From positions 1 through 45,442 of the IMG/VR virus record IMGVR_UViG_2534681703_000014: a stretch of DNA of 45,442 nucleotides. The stretch is one strand, 5' to 3'. How positions within the stretch are numbered: the first letter of the stretch is position 1; each line of letters opens with the position of its first letter. Shown here in pieces: positions 25,182 through 35,221 of this stretch. This DNA comes from a virus (Duplodnaviria; Heunggongvirae; Uroviricota; Caudoviricetes). The notes under the pieces were generated by a model. The model did not search any database, had not been told where the DNA came from, and saw only the letters and a list, made by a program, of their open reading frames with translations. Made by a program: the position numbers and the translations under genes.

Positions 25182-27198
25182 TTCCTGGTTCAGGATGAAG
25201 GCGGGTCATAAAAGTGATGCGGATATTTATATCTACGATGAGATTGGTTTCTGGGGAGTTACGGCGAAGCAGTTTGTCAGTGATCTGAATGCGCTGGGTA
25301 ATATCACCCACATTAATCTCCATATCAATTCACCGGGTGGCGATGTCTTTGAAGGCATCGCCATTTTTAATGCGCTGAAAAATCACGGAGCATCCATCAC
25401 TGTTTATGTGGATGGCGTTGCCGCATCCATGGCATCGGTCATTGCAATGGTGGGGGATCCTGTCATCATGCCAGAAAATGCATTCATGATGATCCATAAA
25501 CCATGGGGAGTGAGTGGTGGCGATGCGGATGATATGCGCGATTATGCCGACCTGCTTGATAAAGTTGAATCGGTCCTGTTGCCTGCTTATGCGCAAAAAA
25601 CCGGAAAAACTACCGATGAAATTGCCGCCTTGCTGAAGGATGAAACCTGGATGTCTGGTGCCGAATGCCTGGCACACGGATTTGCTGACCAGGTGACACC
25701 GGAAGTTAAGGCAATGGCATGTATTCAGTCAAAACGTACAGAGGAATTTAAAAAAATGCCGGAATCCATCCGAAATATGATTATTCCGCCACGCAACAGT
25801 GCAACGCGTGAGCCTGAAAACAAAAATACTGTATCTCAGACACAGGAGCAGACTACGGCTCAGGTTGTCGCAACCGCGACCAGTACCGTGACCACTGCAA
25901 ATGCGTCTTCCGCAGATGAAAGCAGTATCCGTGCACAGGTGCTGGCTGAGCAAAAAGCACGCGTGAGTGGTATTAATGATCTGTTTGGTATGTTTGGCGG
26001 GCGTTATCAGACATTGCAGGCCAGTTGTCTTTCCGATCCGGAGTGCTCGCTTGAGCAGGCTCGCGAGAAGTTACTGAATGAAATGGGTAAGGAATTTTCA
26101 CCATCAAATAAAAATACCCCGTCCCATATTTATGCCGGCAACGGTAATTTTGTGGGGGACGGGATTCGTCAGGCGCTGATGGCGCGTGCCGGATTTGCTG
26201 AGCGTGAACAGGATAACGTCTATAACGGGATGACCCTGCGTGAATATGCCCGAATGTCACTGACAGAACGTGGTATTGGGGTTTCCGGTTATAACCCGAT
26301 GCAGATGGTCGGGGCTGCGTTCACGCACAGCACGTCTGACTTCGGTAATATTCTCCTGGATGTCGCGAACAAAGCCATTCTGCAGGGATGGGAAGAAGCC
26401 CCTGAGACTTACGAACAGTGGACCCGGAAAGGTCAGCTGTCTGATTTTAAAATTGCCCATCGTGTGGGAATGGGGGGCTTCAGTTCTCTGCGTCAGGTGC
26501 GTGAAGGGGCTGAATATAAGTACGTCACCACCGGAGATAAACAGGCCACGATTGCACTGGCGACTTATGGTGAACTGTTCAGCATCACCCGTCAGGCCAT
26601 TATCAACGATGATCTGAATATGCTGACCGATGTTCCGATGAAACTGGGGCGTGCGGCGAAATCCACGATTGCCGATCTGGTTTATGCCATTCTGACATCT
26701 AACCCGAAAATCTCCACGGATAATGTGAGCCTGTTCGATAAAGCGAAACATGCAAACGTGCTGGAGAATGCAGTAATGGACGTGGCGTCACTGGATAAAG
26801 CCCGCCAGTTGATGCGCGTTCAGAAAGAGGGCGAGCGTCATCTGAATATTCGTCCTGCGTTCGTACTTGTCCCGACGGCGATGGAATCCGTGGCTAACCA
26901 GGTGATCCGTTCTGCCAGTGTGAAAGGCGCAGATATTAATGCCGGTATTATTAACCCGGTGAAAGATTTTGCGACCGTTATTGCAGAGCCGCGCCTTGAT
27001 GATAACAGCCAGACCACCTTTTATCTGGCTGCGGCGAAAGGTACGGATACCATCGAAGTGGCTTATCTCAATGGGGTGGATACGCCATATATTGATCAGA
27101 TGGAGGGCTTCAGCGTGGACGGCGTGACAACGAAAGTGCGTATTGACGCCGGTGTTGCACCAGTTGATCACCGCGGTCTGGTGAAATGTACGGCGTAA
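25126..27198 (+). CDS. Fused prohead protease (ClpP/S49-like) - major capsid protein
   Basis: ATG 25126 with AAAGGAGGTGG SD; N-terminal ClpP-like region (GDVFEGIAIFNALK...AASMASVIA); C-terminal 400 aa capsid-sized; upstream part of the track ORF overlaps portal and is probably not translated. Confidence 0.75.
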   Translation: MLKQNAWFRGEPKASLKNNSWFRMKAGHKSDADIYIYDEIGFWGVTAKQFVSDLNALGNITHINLHINSPGGDVFEGIAIFNALKNHGASITVYVDGVAASMASVIAMVGDPVIMPENAFMMIHKPWGVSGGDADDMRDYADLLDKVESVLLPAYAQKTGKTTDEIAALLKDETWMSGAECLAHGFADQVTPEVKAMACIQSKRTEEFKKMPESIRNMIIPPRNSATREPENKNTVSQTQEQTTAQVVATATSTVTTANASSADESSIRAQVLAEQKARVSGINDLFGMFGGRYQTLQASCLSDPECSLEQAREKLLNEMGKEFSPSNKNTPSHIYAGNGNFVGDGIRQALMARAGFAEREQDNVYNGMTLREYARMSLTERGIGVSGYNPMQMVGAAFTHSTSDFGNILLDVANKAILQGWEEAPETYEQWTRKGQLSDFKIAHRVGMGGFSSLRQVREGAEYKYVTTGDKQATIALATYGELFSITRQAIINDDLNMLTDVPMKLGRAAKSTIADLVYAILTSNPKISTDNVSLFDKAKHANVLENAVMDVASLDKARQLMRVQKEGERHLNIRPAFVLVPTAMESVANQVIRSASVKGADINAGIINPVKDFATVIAEPRLDDNSQTTFYLAAAKGTDTIEVAYLNGVDTPYIDQMEGFSVDGVTTKVRIDAGVAPVDHRGLVKCTA

Positions 27199-27222
27199 AC
27201 GTCGCAGACAACAACTCTGATG

Positions 27223-27242
27223 GCCCGTAAGGGCTTTTTTTG
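27223..27242 (+). terminator. Rho-independent terminator after capsid gene
   Basis: Hairpin GCCCGTAAGGGC followed by TTTTTTT. Confidence 0.6.
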
Positions 27243-27285
27243 TACCTGAAATCAGCCCCGTTCAGGGGGCTTTGCGGAGGCTGTT

Positions 27286-27609
27286 ATGGCAAAGAATTTT
27301 GTGGAAGACGGGAAAACGGTGGAGATTGTCGCTGGCGCAAATATCAGTAGCGGAGAGCTGGTACAGGTGGGCGATATTTTTGCTGTGGCACTGACCGATA
27401 TTGCAAAAGGCGAAATTGGGGACGGCATGACTGAAGGTGTATTTATGCTGCCGAAACTGAAAACGGATGATATGAAAACCGGTAAGAAGGTTTATCTGAA
27501 ATCCGGAAAAGTTCAGCTGACGAACAGCGGCTCTGATCCGTTGGTCGGGGTTGTCTGGGCAGATGCCGGAACCAGTGCAGAAGACGTGCCGGTAAAACTC
27601 AATGTCTGA
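27286..27609 (+). CDS. Small head-associated protein (DUF2190-like)
   Basis: 107-aa ORF directly after the capsid gene; family assignment from memory. Confidence 0.5.
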   Translation: MAKNFVEDGKTVEIVAGANISSGELVQVGDIFAVALTDIAKGEIGDGMTEGVFMLPKLKTDDMKTGKKVYLKSGKVQLTNSGSDPLVGVVWADAGTSAEDVPVKLNV

Positions 27610-27877
27610 TCCCTTTTCCCGGTTGGCAGCCCGTATGGATGCTGTCACGATCAGAAAAATGGGGAAAACGGCCTCGATTAATGATGCGGATATGATTGTG
27701 ATCCCGGGAGAAACACTGGCAGAGCTGAATGCGCTGTCCGGATCGGCGGTTTCTCTGGTGGTGTTTTCTTCGGGGTATCGTCCGCGGCGCGGGGACCGCG
27801 TTGTTTATGACGGACAACAATGGACGGTCACACGGCATGAACGCTTTAACTGTAAACCCGTGATCTTTATTGAGTAA
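27602..27877 (+). CDS. Head-tail connector/adaptor protein (putative)
   Basis: 91-aa ORF in the head-completion slot. Confidence 0.5.
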   Translation: MSDPFSRLAARMDAVTIRKMGKTASINDADMIVIPGETLAELNALSGSAVSLVVFSSGYRPRRGDRVVYDGQQWTVTRHERFNCKPVIFIE

Positions 27878-27887
27878 AGGGGGATGG

Positions 27888-28466
27888 ATGAAGGGGCTTG
27901 AGAATGCTATTCGCAATCTGAACAGCCTTGATACCCGTATGGTGCCACAGGCCAGCGCATGGGCGATAAACCGTGTAGCGCAGAAAGCGGTCTCGGTAGC
28001 TACCCGGCAGGTTGCGCAGAATACCGTTGCGGGTGACAACCACGTCAAAGGGATCCCCCTGAAAACGGTGCGTCAGCGCGTCCGGGTATTGAAGGCCAGC
28101 CCGTCAGGAAAAATGTATGCCCGTATCCGGATTAACCGGGGCAACCTGCCAGCCATTAAGCTGGGGGCGGCTCAGGTCAGGCTGGCGCGGCGTGGCGGAA
28201 AGCTACGGTACCGGGGAAGTGTGCTGAAGGTGGGCAAATATCTTTTCCGGGATGCGTTTATTCAGCAACTGGCGAACGGTCGCTGGCATGTGATGCGGCG
28301 TATTGACGGCAAAAATCGTTACCCCATTGATGTGGTGAAAATCCCGTTGTCCGGACCGCTGACGCAGGCATTTACGGAAGCCAGTCGGCATATTGCTGAA
28401 ACGGAGATGCCGAAACAACTGGGTTATGCACTGAAGCAGCAACTGAGGTTATTTCTGACACGATGA
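27888..28466 (+). CDS. Head-tail joining/tail completion protein (putative)
   Basis: ATG 27888 with AAGGGGGA SD; position between connector and tail genes. Confidence 0.5.
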   Translation: MKGLENAIRNLNSLDTRMVPQASAWAINRVAQKAVSVATRQVAQNTVAGDNHVKGIPLKTVRQRVRVLKASPSGKMYARIRINRGNLPAIKLGAAQVRLARRGGKLRYRGSVLKVGKYLFRDAFIQQLANGRWHVMRRIDGKNRYPIDVVKIPLSGPLTQAFTEASRHIAETEMPKQLGYALKQQLRLFLTR

Positions 28467-28864
28467 ACAGACATACAAAAATCCGTCAGGCGGTACTGGC
28501 ACGTCTGTGTGAGGAGTGTGGCGAGTGCGCCACATTTTTTGACGGGCTTCCGGCCTTTATTGATGCACAGGAGTTGCCCGCTGTGGCGGTCTGGCTGAGC
28601 GATGCCCGGTATACCGGAAAAATGACAGATGAGGACGACTGGCAGGCCGTTCTGCATATCGCTGTGTTTATCCGTGCGCAGGCACCGGATTCAGAGCTGG
28701 ATGAGTGGATGGAAAATAGCATTTATCCGGCGCTGAGGCATATACCGGCGCTTTCCGGGCTGATCGACACCATGACACCGCAGGGGTTTAACTACCAGCG
28801 CGATGATGAGATGGCGACGTGGGCGATGGCGGAAATCACGTATCAGATCGCCTACACGAACTGA
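28463..28864 (+). CDS. Tail completion protein (putative, 133 aa)
   Basis: ATGA overlap with previous gene; precedes the major tail protein. Confidence 0.5.
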   Translation: MNRHTKIRQAVLARLCEECGECATFFDGLPAFIDAQELPAVAVWLSDARYTGKMTDEDDWQAVLHIAVFIRAQAPDSELDEWMENSIYPALRHIPALSGLIDTMTPQGFNYQRDDEMATWAMAEITYQIAYTN

Positions 28865-28886
28865 ATAAATAATGTAAGGAGGAGTG

Positions 28887-29657
28887 ATGTCCACACCGAA
28901 TCCACTGGAGAAAACGAAAGGCGCAGGGACAACATTCTGGATGTATACCGGGATGGGAGATCCGTTTGCGTCTGCATTGTCAGACACGGACTGGCTGCGA
29001 CTGGCAATGGTGAAGGATTTGCAGCCGGGCGAAATGACGGCTGATGCGGAAGACGACACGTATCTTGATGATGAGAATGCGGACTGGAAGAGCACATCTC
29101 AGGGCCAGAAAACCGCTGGCGATACGTCTGCCACACTGGCATGGCGTCCGGGCGACAGCGGACAGAAAAAACTGGTTGAGTTGTTTTATTCCGGCGAGGT
29201 TTGTGCGTTTCGCATTCTGTACCCCAACGGCACAGTTGATGTTTTTCGTGGCTGGTTGAGTTCGCTGGGCAAAGCGGTGACGTCAACGGAAGTGATGACC
29301 CGGACCATCAAAATCACCGGGATTGGGCGTCCGTACCTGGCGGAAGAGTGTCAGGAGGTGGTCAGCGTCACCGGTGTGACGGTGACACCGATGGCGGTGA
29401 CACTGCATCCTGGTGAAACGTCCAAACTGACGTTTGTGCTTGTACCGGAAAACGCCTCGGATAAAACGCTCACGGTGTTTTCCACGGATCCGCAGACAGC
29501 AACGGTAAGCCTGAGCGGCCTTGTGGCTACGGTATCTGCCCGCCAGGAAGGGACGGTCAGTATTGTGGGTATGAGCGGTGATGGCCGTACGGGGCAGGTG
29601 GTCAAGGTGACCGTGGCCCCTGCTGAGGAGAAGAGTACCGGACGTACCCGGGGATAA
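28887..29657 (+). CDS. Major tail protein (gpV-like) with C-terminal Ig-like (Big_2-type) domain
   Basis: AAGGAGGAG SD; C-terminal VTGVTVTP...LTFVLVPENASDKTLTVFSTDPQTATVS pattern typical of Ig-like domains on lambda-type V proteins. Confidence 0.8.
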   Translation: MSTPNPLEKTKGAGTTFWMYTGMGDPFASALSDTDWLRLAMVKDLQPGEMTADAEDDTYLDDENADWKSTSQGQKTAGDTSATLAWRPGDSGQKKLVELFYSGEVCAFRILYPNGTVDVFRGWLSSLGKAVTSTEVMTRTIKITGIGRPYLAEECQEVVSVTGVTVTPMAVTLHPGETSKLTFVLVPENASDKTLTVFSTDPQTATVSLSGLVATVSARQEGTVSIVGMSGDGRTGQVVKVTVAPAEEKSTGRTRG

Positions 29658-29678
29658 CAGGGCCATGTTTATCATCAG

Positions 29679-29702
29679 CCCCGGTTCGCCGGGGTTTTTT
29701 AT
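29679..29702 (+). terminator. Hairpin with T-run after major tail gene
   Basis: CCCCGG-TTCG-CCGGGG followed by TTTTTT. Confidence 0.5.
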
Positions 29703-29717
29703 TCGGGGAGAAGAGAA

Positions 29718-30107
29718 ATGTTTCTGAAACAGGATACGTTTAATTACGGCAATCAGTCGGTGGTACTGAATGAACTGTCTGGTCTGCAGCGTGTGGAATA
29801 CCTGGCTTATGCCCGTGAACGCGCGGCGCAGTTTGATGAGGCTTCTGCAGGAATGGAAGAAGGGGCCCGCCAGATTGCTTTTATGGAAATGGGGATGGAC
29901 ATCAACGCCTGGCTGGTTTCCCGTTCGCTGTGGAATGCCGACCAGTCTCAGAATGTGGCGGCGCTTTTTTCCTCCGTGCGCGTGACATGGTCCTGGGATG
30001 CGCTGGGGATGGCGGCGGAAAGCATTCTGGCGCTGAGCGGTATGGCACTGACAGTAGCGACAGAGGGGGATGACGTGAAGGAGGTGCTGACGCCGGAAAA
30101 GTCCTGA
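29718..30107 (+). CDS. Tail assembly chaperone G
   Basis: 129-aa ORF between V and the tape measure gene; followed by overlapping -1 frame ORF (GT arrangement). Confidence 0.75.
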   Translation: MFLKQDTFNYGNQSVVLNELSGLQRVEYLAYARERAAQFDEASAGMEEGARQIAFMEMGMDINAWLVSRSLWNADQSQNVAALFSSVRVTWSWDALGMAAESILALSGMALTVATEGDDVKEVLTPEKS

Positions 30108-30430
30108 CGCAGGAAATGCAGTTTGTCATGCGGCTGGCCCGGGAGTTCCGGCGGGGCGACTGGCGGCGAATGCTGTCAGAAATGTCAGCCACAGAACTGG
30201 GAGAGTGGGGGGATTATTTCCGGCGGCAGAGTTTCAGTGATGTGTGGCTGGATGCGCAATTTGCCACACTGAAAACGCTGATTGTGCAGATGGTTTCCGG
30301 AAAAACCGTGGCGGCGGATATGTTCAGCCTGTTGCCTTCAGAGACAGAAGCGCCCGTCCGGACAGATGAAGAGCTGATGTTTCTGGGGGAAGGTATCGCG
30401 GGAGGAATAAGAATTGAGCCAGATAGCTGA
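30074..30430 (+). CDS. T portion of tail assembly chaperone GT, expressed by programmed -1 frameshift from G
   Basis: ORF in the -1 frame relative to G, open from 30074; conserved G/GT architecture of lambda-like tails; slip site not canonical. Confidence 0.6.
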   Translation, partial: REGGADAGKVLTQEMQFVMRLAREFRRGDWRRMLSEMSATELGEWGDYFRRQSFSDVWLDAQFATLKTLIVQMVSGKTVAADMFSLLPSETEAPVRTDEELMFLGEGIAGGIRIEPDS

Positions 30431-33400
30431 CCTTGTTATTGATTTAAGTGTTGATACGGCTGATTTTAAGGAACAGCTTCCGCGTATTAAAGCGCAACTC
30501 AATGGTACCGCCAGCGAAGCGGCGCGCGCAGAAGCGCGGGTCAGACAGTTTGAAGCGAGTCAGAAGCAGGCGGCGACTACCGCGGTGAAACAGACTCAGG
30601 CACTGGCGGGGAATGCGCAGGCGCATGTTTCGTTGTCAGAGGATGTGGAACAGACCCGTCAGCGACTTGATGCCCTGAACCGGAAAATGCGTGAGGAGCA
30701 GGCGCAGGCGGCGGCACTGGCTGCTGCTCAGGATAAAGCCGCTGCTGCATTTTATCGTCAGATTGACAGTGTGAAACAGGCGGGGGCCGGACTGCAGGAG
30801 CTGCAGCGTATTCAGCAGCAGGTCCGTCAGGCCAGAAACAATGGTGGCATCGCGCAGCAGGATTATCTGGCGTTAATCTCCGAAGTGACGGCAAAAACCC
30901 GCGTGCTGGCTCAGGCTGAAGAATCCGCCACCCGCCAGAAGACGGCCTTTATCCGGCGGCTGAAGGAGCAGGTATCCGCTCAGAATCTTTCATCCACGGA
31001 GCTGCTCAGGGCAAAAGCCGCGCAGCTGGGTGTCAGTAGTGCGGCTGAGGTGTATATCAGCAAAATGGAAAAAGCCGGGAAGGTCACGCATTCGCTGGGG
31101 CTGAAAAGTGCGGCGGCCCGCCAGGAGATAGGTGTTCTGATAGGTGAAATTGCCCGGGGTAATTTCGGTGCGCTTCGTGGCTCCGGGATCACCCTGGCTA
31201 ACCGTGCCGGATGGATTGACGCGCTGATGTCCCCGAAAGGCATGGCTGTCGGCGGGGTTATCGGTGGACTCACTGCTGCTGTTGTCGGGCTGGGAAAGGC
31301 CTGGTATGACGGTCAGAAGGAGGGGGAGGTGTTTAATCGTCAGCTGGCGTTGACAGGGCATTATGCGGGCATCACTACCGGACAGCTGTGGACTCTCAGT
31401 CGCGCCATTTCCGGGAATGGTATCACGCAACATGCTGCAGCCAGTGCGCTGGCTCAGGCGGTTGGCAGCGGTGCATTTCGTGGAGGTGATATCGCCATGG
31501 TGGCGAAAGCTGCCGCGCAAATGGAAAGTTCAGTGGGGCAGTCTGTCAGCGACACCATCAGTCAGTTTAAGCGACTGAAGGATGACCCGGTAAATGCAGC
31601 CAGGACGCTGGATAATGAACTGCATTTCCTGACTGCCACCCAGCTTGAACAAATCCGTGTTCTCGGGGAACAGGGGCGTGCCAGTGATGCTGCCCGGATC
31701 GCCATGTCAGCGCTGGCAGAGGAAACCGGTAAACGCACATCTGATATTGATAATAATCTCAATGCGCTGGGCAGTACGCTGCAAACCTTATCTGACTGGT
31801 GGAAGCAGTTCTGGGATGCCGCCATGAATATCGGGCGTAATGATTCCCTTGATGCGCAGATTGCGGCGCTGCAGGAAAAAATTCAGCGTGCGAAAAAATC
31901 GCCCTGGACAAATGCATCCACCACAGTGGAATACGACCAGCAGCGCCTTGATGAACTTCAGGAGAAAAAGCGCCAGAAAGATTTACAGGATGCAAAAGAG
32001 CAGGCAGAGCGGAATTATCAGGAGCAACAGAAACGCCGGAATGCTGAAAATGCCGCGCTGAACCGGATGAACGAAACGGAAGCGGCACGACATCAGCGTG
32101 AAATTGCGCGTATTAATGCCATGCAGTACGCAGATCAGTCGGTCAGGGACGCAGCGATACAGCGTGAAAATAAACGTCACAAAAAAGCCATTAAGAAAGA
32201 AACGCCTGCCACCCGTAATGATGAGGCCACCCGGTTATTACTGCAGTACAGCCAGCAACAGGCGCAGGTGGAGGGGCAGATCGCCGCCGCCAGACAGTCC
32301 GCGGGACTGACCACGAAAAAAATGACGGAAGCGCATAAGCAGCTTCTGGCCCTGCAGCAGCGTATCAGTGATTTAGCCGGTAAAAAGCTGACGGCAGATG
32401 AAAAAAGCGTGCTGGCGCATAAGGATGAACTGATTCAGGCGCTGACGCTGCTGGATGCAAAACAGCAGGAGCTGCAGAAGCAGACGGCGCTGAATGACCT
32501 TAAGAAAAAATCCATTCAGCTTGCCAGCCAGCTGGCGGAAGAGGAGCGGGTTCTGCGTCAGCAACATGACCTGGATATCGCCACGACAGGGATGGGGGAT
32601 AAACAGCGTCAGCGATACCAGGCACAGTTCAGTCTGCAACAAAAATATCAGCAGCAGCGGGAACAGTTGGAGCGTGACAGTAAGCGGAAAGGAACATATG
32701 GCACAGATGAATACCGGAATGCTGAGCAGACGCTGACAGACAGTCTTAACCGGCAACTGAACGAAAACAGACGCTACTGGCAGGAGCAGGAACTGATGCA
32801 GGCAGACTGGAAAAACGGTGCCATGCGGGCGTTTCAGAATTTTACGGCAGATGCGGATAATGCGGCAGGAACTGCTGAGCAGATGTTTACAGCGGCATTT
32901 AACAGTGCAGGTAATGCACTGGCGACGTTCTGCACGACAGGTAAACTGAATTTCAAATCCTTTACCGCCTCGCTTCTTTCCGACCTGGCAAAAATCATGG
33001 CGCAGATGGCCATTATGCAGGCGGTGAAGGGGATTGGTTCGGCGTTTGGCTGGGGGAGCGCATCCGCTGCCAGTGTGACGCCCAATGCGGATGGCGGTGT
33101 TTATCAGTCTGCGGATTTGAGCCGTTACAGTGGCTCAGTGGTTAACCGCCCGACGTTTTTTGCCTTTGCAAAAGGCGCGGGGGTGATGGGAGAAGCGGGG
33201 CCTGAAGCCATTCTGCCACTGCGTCGTGGTGCCGACGGTAAGCTGGGTGTTGTGGCGGATATTGGTGGTTCAGGCATGGTGATGTTTGCCCCGCAGTACA
33301 ACATCGCGATCAATAACGACGGTACGAACGGGCAGATAGGTCCGGCTGCCCTGAAGGTGGTTTATGACCTCGGGAAAAAAGCTGCAGCGGACTTTATGCA

Positions 33401-33446
33401 ACAGCAGTCCCGTGATGGCGGTCAGTTAAGCGGAGTGTATCGGTAA
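30414..33446 (+). CDS. Tail tape measure protein (gpH-like, 1010 aa)
   Basis: Very long, Ala/Gln-rich coiled-coil-like protein after G/GT; apparent TTG start preceded by GGGAGG. Confidence 0.85.
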   Translation: MSQIADLVIDLSVDTADFKEQLPRIKAQLNGTASEAARAEARVRQFEASQKQAATTAVKQTQALAGNAQAHVSLSEDVEQTRQRLDALNRKMREEQAQAAALAAAQDKAAAAFYRQIDSVKQAGAGLQELQRIQQQVRQARNNGGIAQQDYLALISEVTAKTRVLAQAEESATRQKTAFIRRLKEQVSAQNLSSTELLRAKAAQLGVSSAAEVYISKMEKAGKVTHSLGLKSAAARQEIGVLIGEIARGNFGALRGSGITLANRAGWIDALMSPKGMAVGGVIGGLTAAVVGLGKAWYDGQKEGEVFNRQLALTGHYAGITTGQLWTLSRAISGNGITQHAAASALAQAVGSGAFRGGDIAMVAKAAAQMESSVGQSVSDTISQFKRLKDDPVNAARTLDNELHFLTATQLEQIRVLGEQGRASDAARIAMSALAEETGKRTSDIDNNLNALGSTLQTLSDWWKQFWDAAMNIGRNDSLDAQIAALQEKIQRAKKSPWTNASTTVEYDQQRLDELQEKKRQKDLQDAKEQAERNYQEQQKRRNAENAALNRMNETEAARHQREIARINAMQYADQSVRDAAIQRENKRHKKAIKKETPATRNDEATRLLLQYSQQQAQVEGQIAAARQSAGLTTKKMTEAHKQLLALQQRISDLAGKKLTADEKSVLAHKDELIQALTLLDAKQQELQKQTALNDLKKKSIQLASQLAEEERVLRQQHDLDIATTGMGDKQRQRYQAQFSLQQKYQQQREQLERDSKRKGTYGTDEYRNAEQTLTDSLNRQLNENRRYWQEQELMQADWKNGAMRAFQNFTADADNAAGTAEQMFTAAFNSAGNALATFCTTGKLNFKSFTASLLSDLAKIMAQMAIMQAVKGIGSAFGWGSASAASVTPNADGGVYQSADLSRYSGSVVNRPTFFAFAKGAGVMGEAGPEAILPLRRGADGKLGVVADIGGSGMVMFAPQYNIAINNDGTNGQIGPAALKVVYDLGKKAAADFMQQQSRDGGQLSGVYR

Positions 33447-33775
33447 TGGAGACGTTTCACTGGAAAATTCGTCCTGATATGACAGTGGCATCGGAACCGA
33501 AGGTGTTGACGGTAAAGCTGGGGGATGGCTATGAACAGCGGCGACCGGCAGGACTGAATAATTTATTGTCTGTTTACAGTGTGACTATCCGGATACGTAA
33601 AGGAGAACATCAGTCACTGGAGGATTTTCTGGCGCGGCATGGCGGTGTCAGGGCGTTTCAGTGGGTGCCGCCTTATGGCTGGAAACCAGTCATGGTGGTT
33701 TGTCGTAAATGGTCGACACGCGTTGGGGCGTTATGGGTGACTGTAACGGCAGATTTTGAGCAGGTGGTGAACTGA
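33446..33775 (+). CDS. Minor tail protein M
   Basis: 109 aa; TAATG overlap with H; canonical position. Confidence 0.75.
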   Translation: METFHWKIRPDMTVASEPKVLTVKLGDGYEQRRPAGLNNLLSVYSVTIRIRKGEHQSLEDFLARHGGVRAFQWVPPYGWKPVMVVCRKWSTRVGALWVTVTADFEQVVN

Positions 33776-34473
33776 TGCAGGATATACAGCAGGAAACACT
33801 GAATGAATGCACCCGTGCGGAGCAGTCGGCCAGCGTGGTGCTCTGGGAAATCGATCTGACAGAGGTCGGTGGAGAACGTTATTTTTTCTGTAATGAGCAG
33901 AACGAAAAAGGTGAGCCGGTCACCTGGCAGGGGCGACAGTATCAGGCGTATCCCATTCAGGGGAGTGGTTTTGAACTGAATGGCAAGGGCAGTGCTGCCC
34001 GTCCGACACTGACGGTTTCTAACCTGCACGGCATGGTCACCGGGATGGCGGAAGACCTGCAGAGTCTGGTCGGCGGAACGGTGGTCAGGCGTAAGGTTTA
34101 CGCCCGTTTTCTGGATGCGGTGAACTTCGTCAACGGAAACAGTGACGCCGATCCGGAGCAGGAGGTGATCAGCCGCTGGCGCATTGAGCAGTGCAGCGAA
34201 CTGAGCGCGGTGAGTGCCTCTTTTGTACTGTCCACGCCGACGGAAACGGACGGCGCTGTTTTTCCGGGACGTATCATGCTGGCCAACACCTGCACCTGGA
34301 CCTATCGCGGTGATGAGTGCGGTTATCACGGTCCGGCTGTCGCGGATGAATATGACCAGCCGACGTCCGATATCACGAAGGATAAATGCAGCAAATGCCT
34401 GAGTGGCTGTAAGTTTCGCAATAACGTCTGCAACTTTGGCGGCTTCCTTTCCATTAACAAACTTTCGCAGTAA
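33775..34473 (+). CDS. Minor tail protein L
   Basis: 232 aa with Cys-rich C-terminus; canonical position. Confidence 0.75.
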   Translation: MQDIQQETLNECTRAEQSASVVLWEIDLTEVGGERYFFCNEQNEKGEPVTWQGRQYQAYPIQGSGFELNGKGSAARPTLTVSNLHGMVTGMAEDLQSLVGGTVVRRKVYARFLDAVNFVNGNSDADPEQEVISRWRIEQCSELSAVSASFVLSTPTETDGAVFPGRIMLANTCTWTYRGDECGYHGPAVADEYDQPTSDITKDKCSKCLSGCKFRNNVCNFGGFLSINKLSQ

Positions 34474-34477
34474 TCCC

Positions 34478-35221
34478 ATGACAGAGACAGAATCAGCGAT
34501 TCTGGCGCACGCCCGGCGATGTGCGCCAGCGGAGTCGTGCGGCTTCGTGGTGAGAACGCCGGAGGGGGAAAGATATTTTCCCTGCGTGAATATCTCCGGT
34601 GAGCCGGAGGATTATTTCCGGATGGCTCCGGAGGACTGGCTGCAGGCAGAAATGCAGGGTGAGATTGTGGCGCTGGTCCACAGTCATCCCGGTGGTCTGC
34701 CCTGGCTGAGTGATGCTGACCGGCGGCTGCAGGTGCAGAGTGATTCGCCGTGGTGGCTGGTCTGCCGGGGGGCGATTCATAAGTTCCGCTGTGTGCCGCA
34801 TCTCACCGGGCGGCGCTTTGAGCACGGGTCGACGGACTGTTACACGCTGTTCCGGGATGCTTATCATCTGGCGGGGATTGAGATGCCGGATTTTCATCGC
34901 GGGTATGACTGGTGGCGTAACGGTCAGAATCTCTATCTTGACAATATGGAGGCAACGGGTTTTTACCGTGTCGCACTGACAGAGGCGCAGCCGGGCGATG
35001 TGCTGCTGTGCTGTTTTGGTTCATCGGTGCCGAATCATGCCGCCATTTACTGTGGTGATGGCGAGCTGCTGCACCATATTCCTGAACAACTGAGCAAACG
35101 AGAGAGGTATACCGACAAATGGCAGCGACGCACACACTCCCTCTGGCGTCACCGGGCATGGCGCGCATCTGCCTTTACGGGGATTTGCAACGATTTGGCC
35201 GCCGCATCGACCTTCGTGTGA
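34478..35221 (+). CDS. Tail assembly protein K (JAB/MPN plus NlpC/P60-like)
   Basis: ATG 34478; motifs HSHPGG and NlpC-like Cys region; canonical position. Confidence 0.7.
   Translation: MTETESAILAHARRCAPAESCGFVVRTPEGERYFPCVNISGEPEDYFRMAPEDWLQAEMQGEIVALVHSHPGGLPWLSDADRRLQVQSDSPWWLVCRGAIHKFRCVPHLTGRRFEHGSTDCYTLFRDAYHLAGIEMPDFHRGYDWWRNGQNLYLDNMEATGFYRVALTEAQPGDVLLCCFGSSVPNHAAIYCGDGELLHHIPEQLSKRERYTDKWQRRTHSLWRHRAWRASAFTGICNDLAAASTFV

Noticed and set aside
33673-34479. 268-aa minus-strand ORF antisense to minor tail genes M/L/K
   Set aside because: Fully embedded antisense to well-supported tail genes in a GC-rich region; long antisense ORFs are expected by chance there; no start context.
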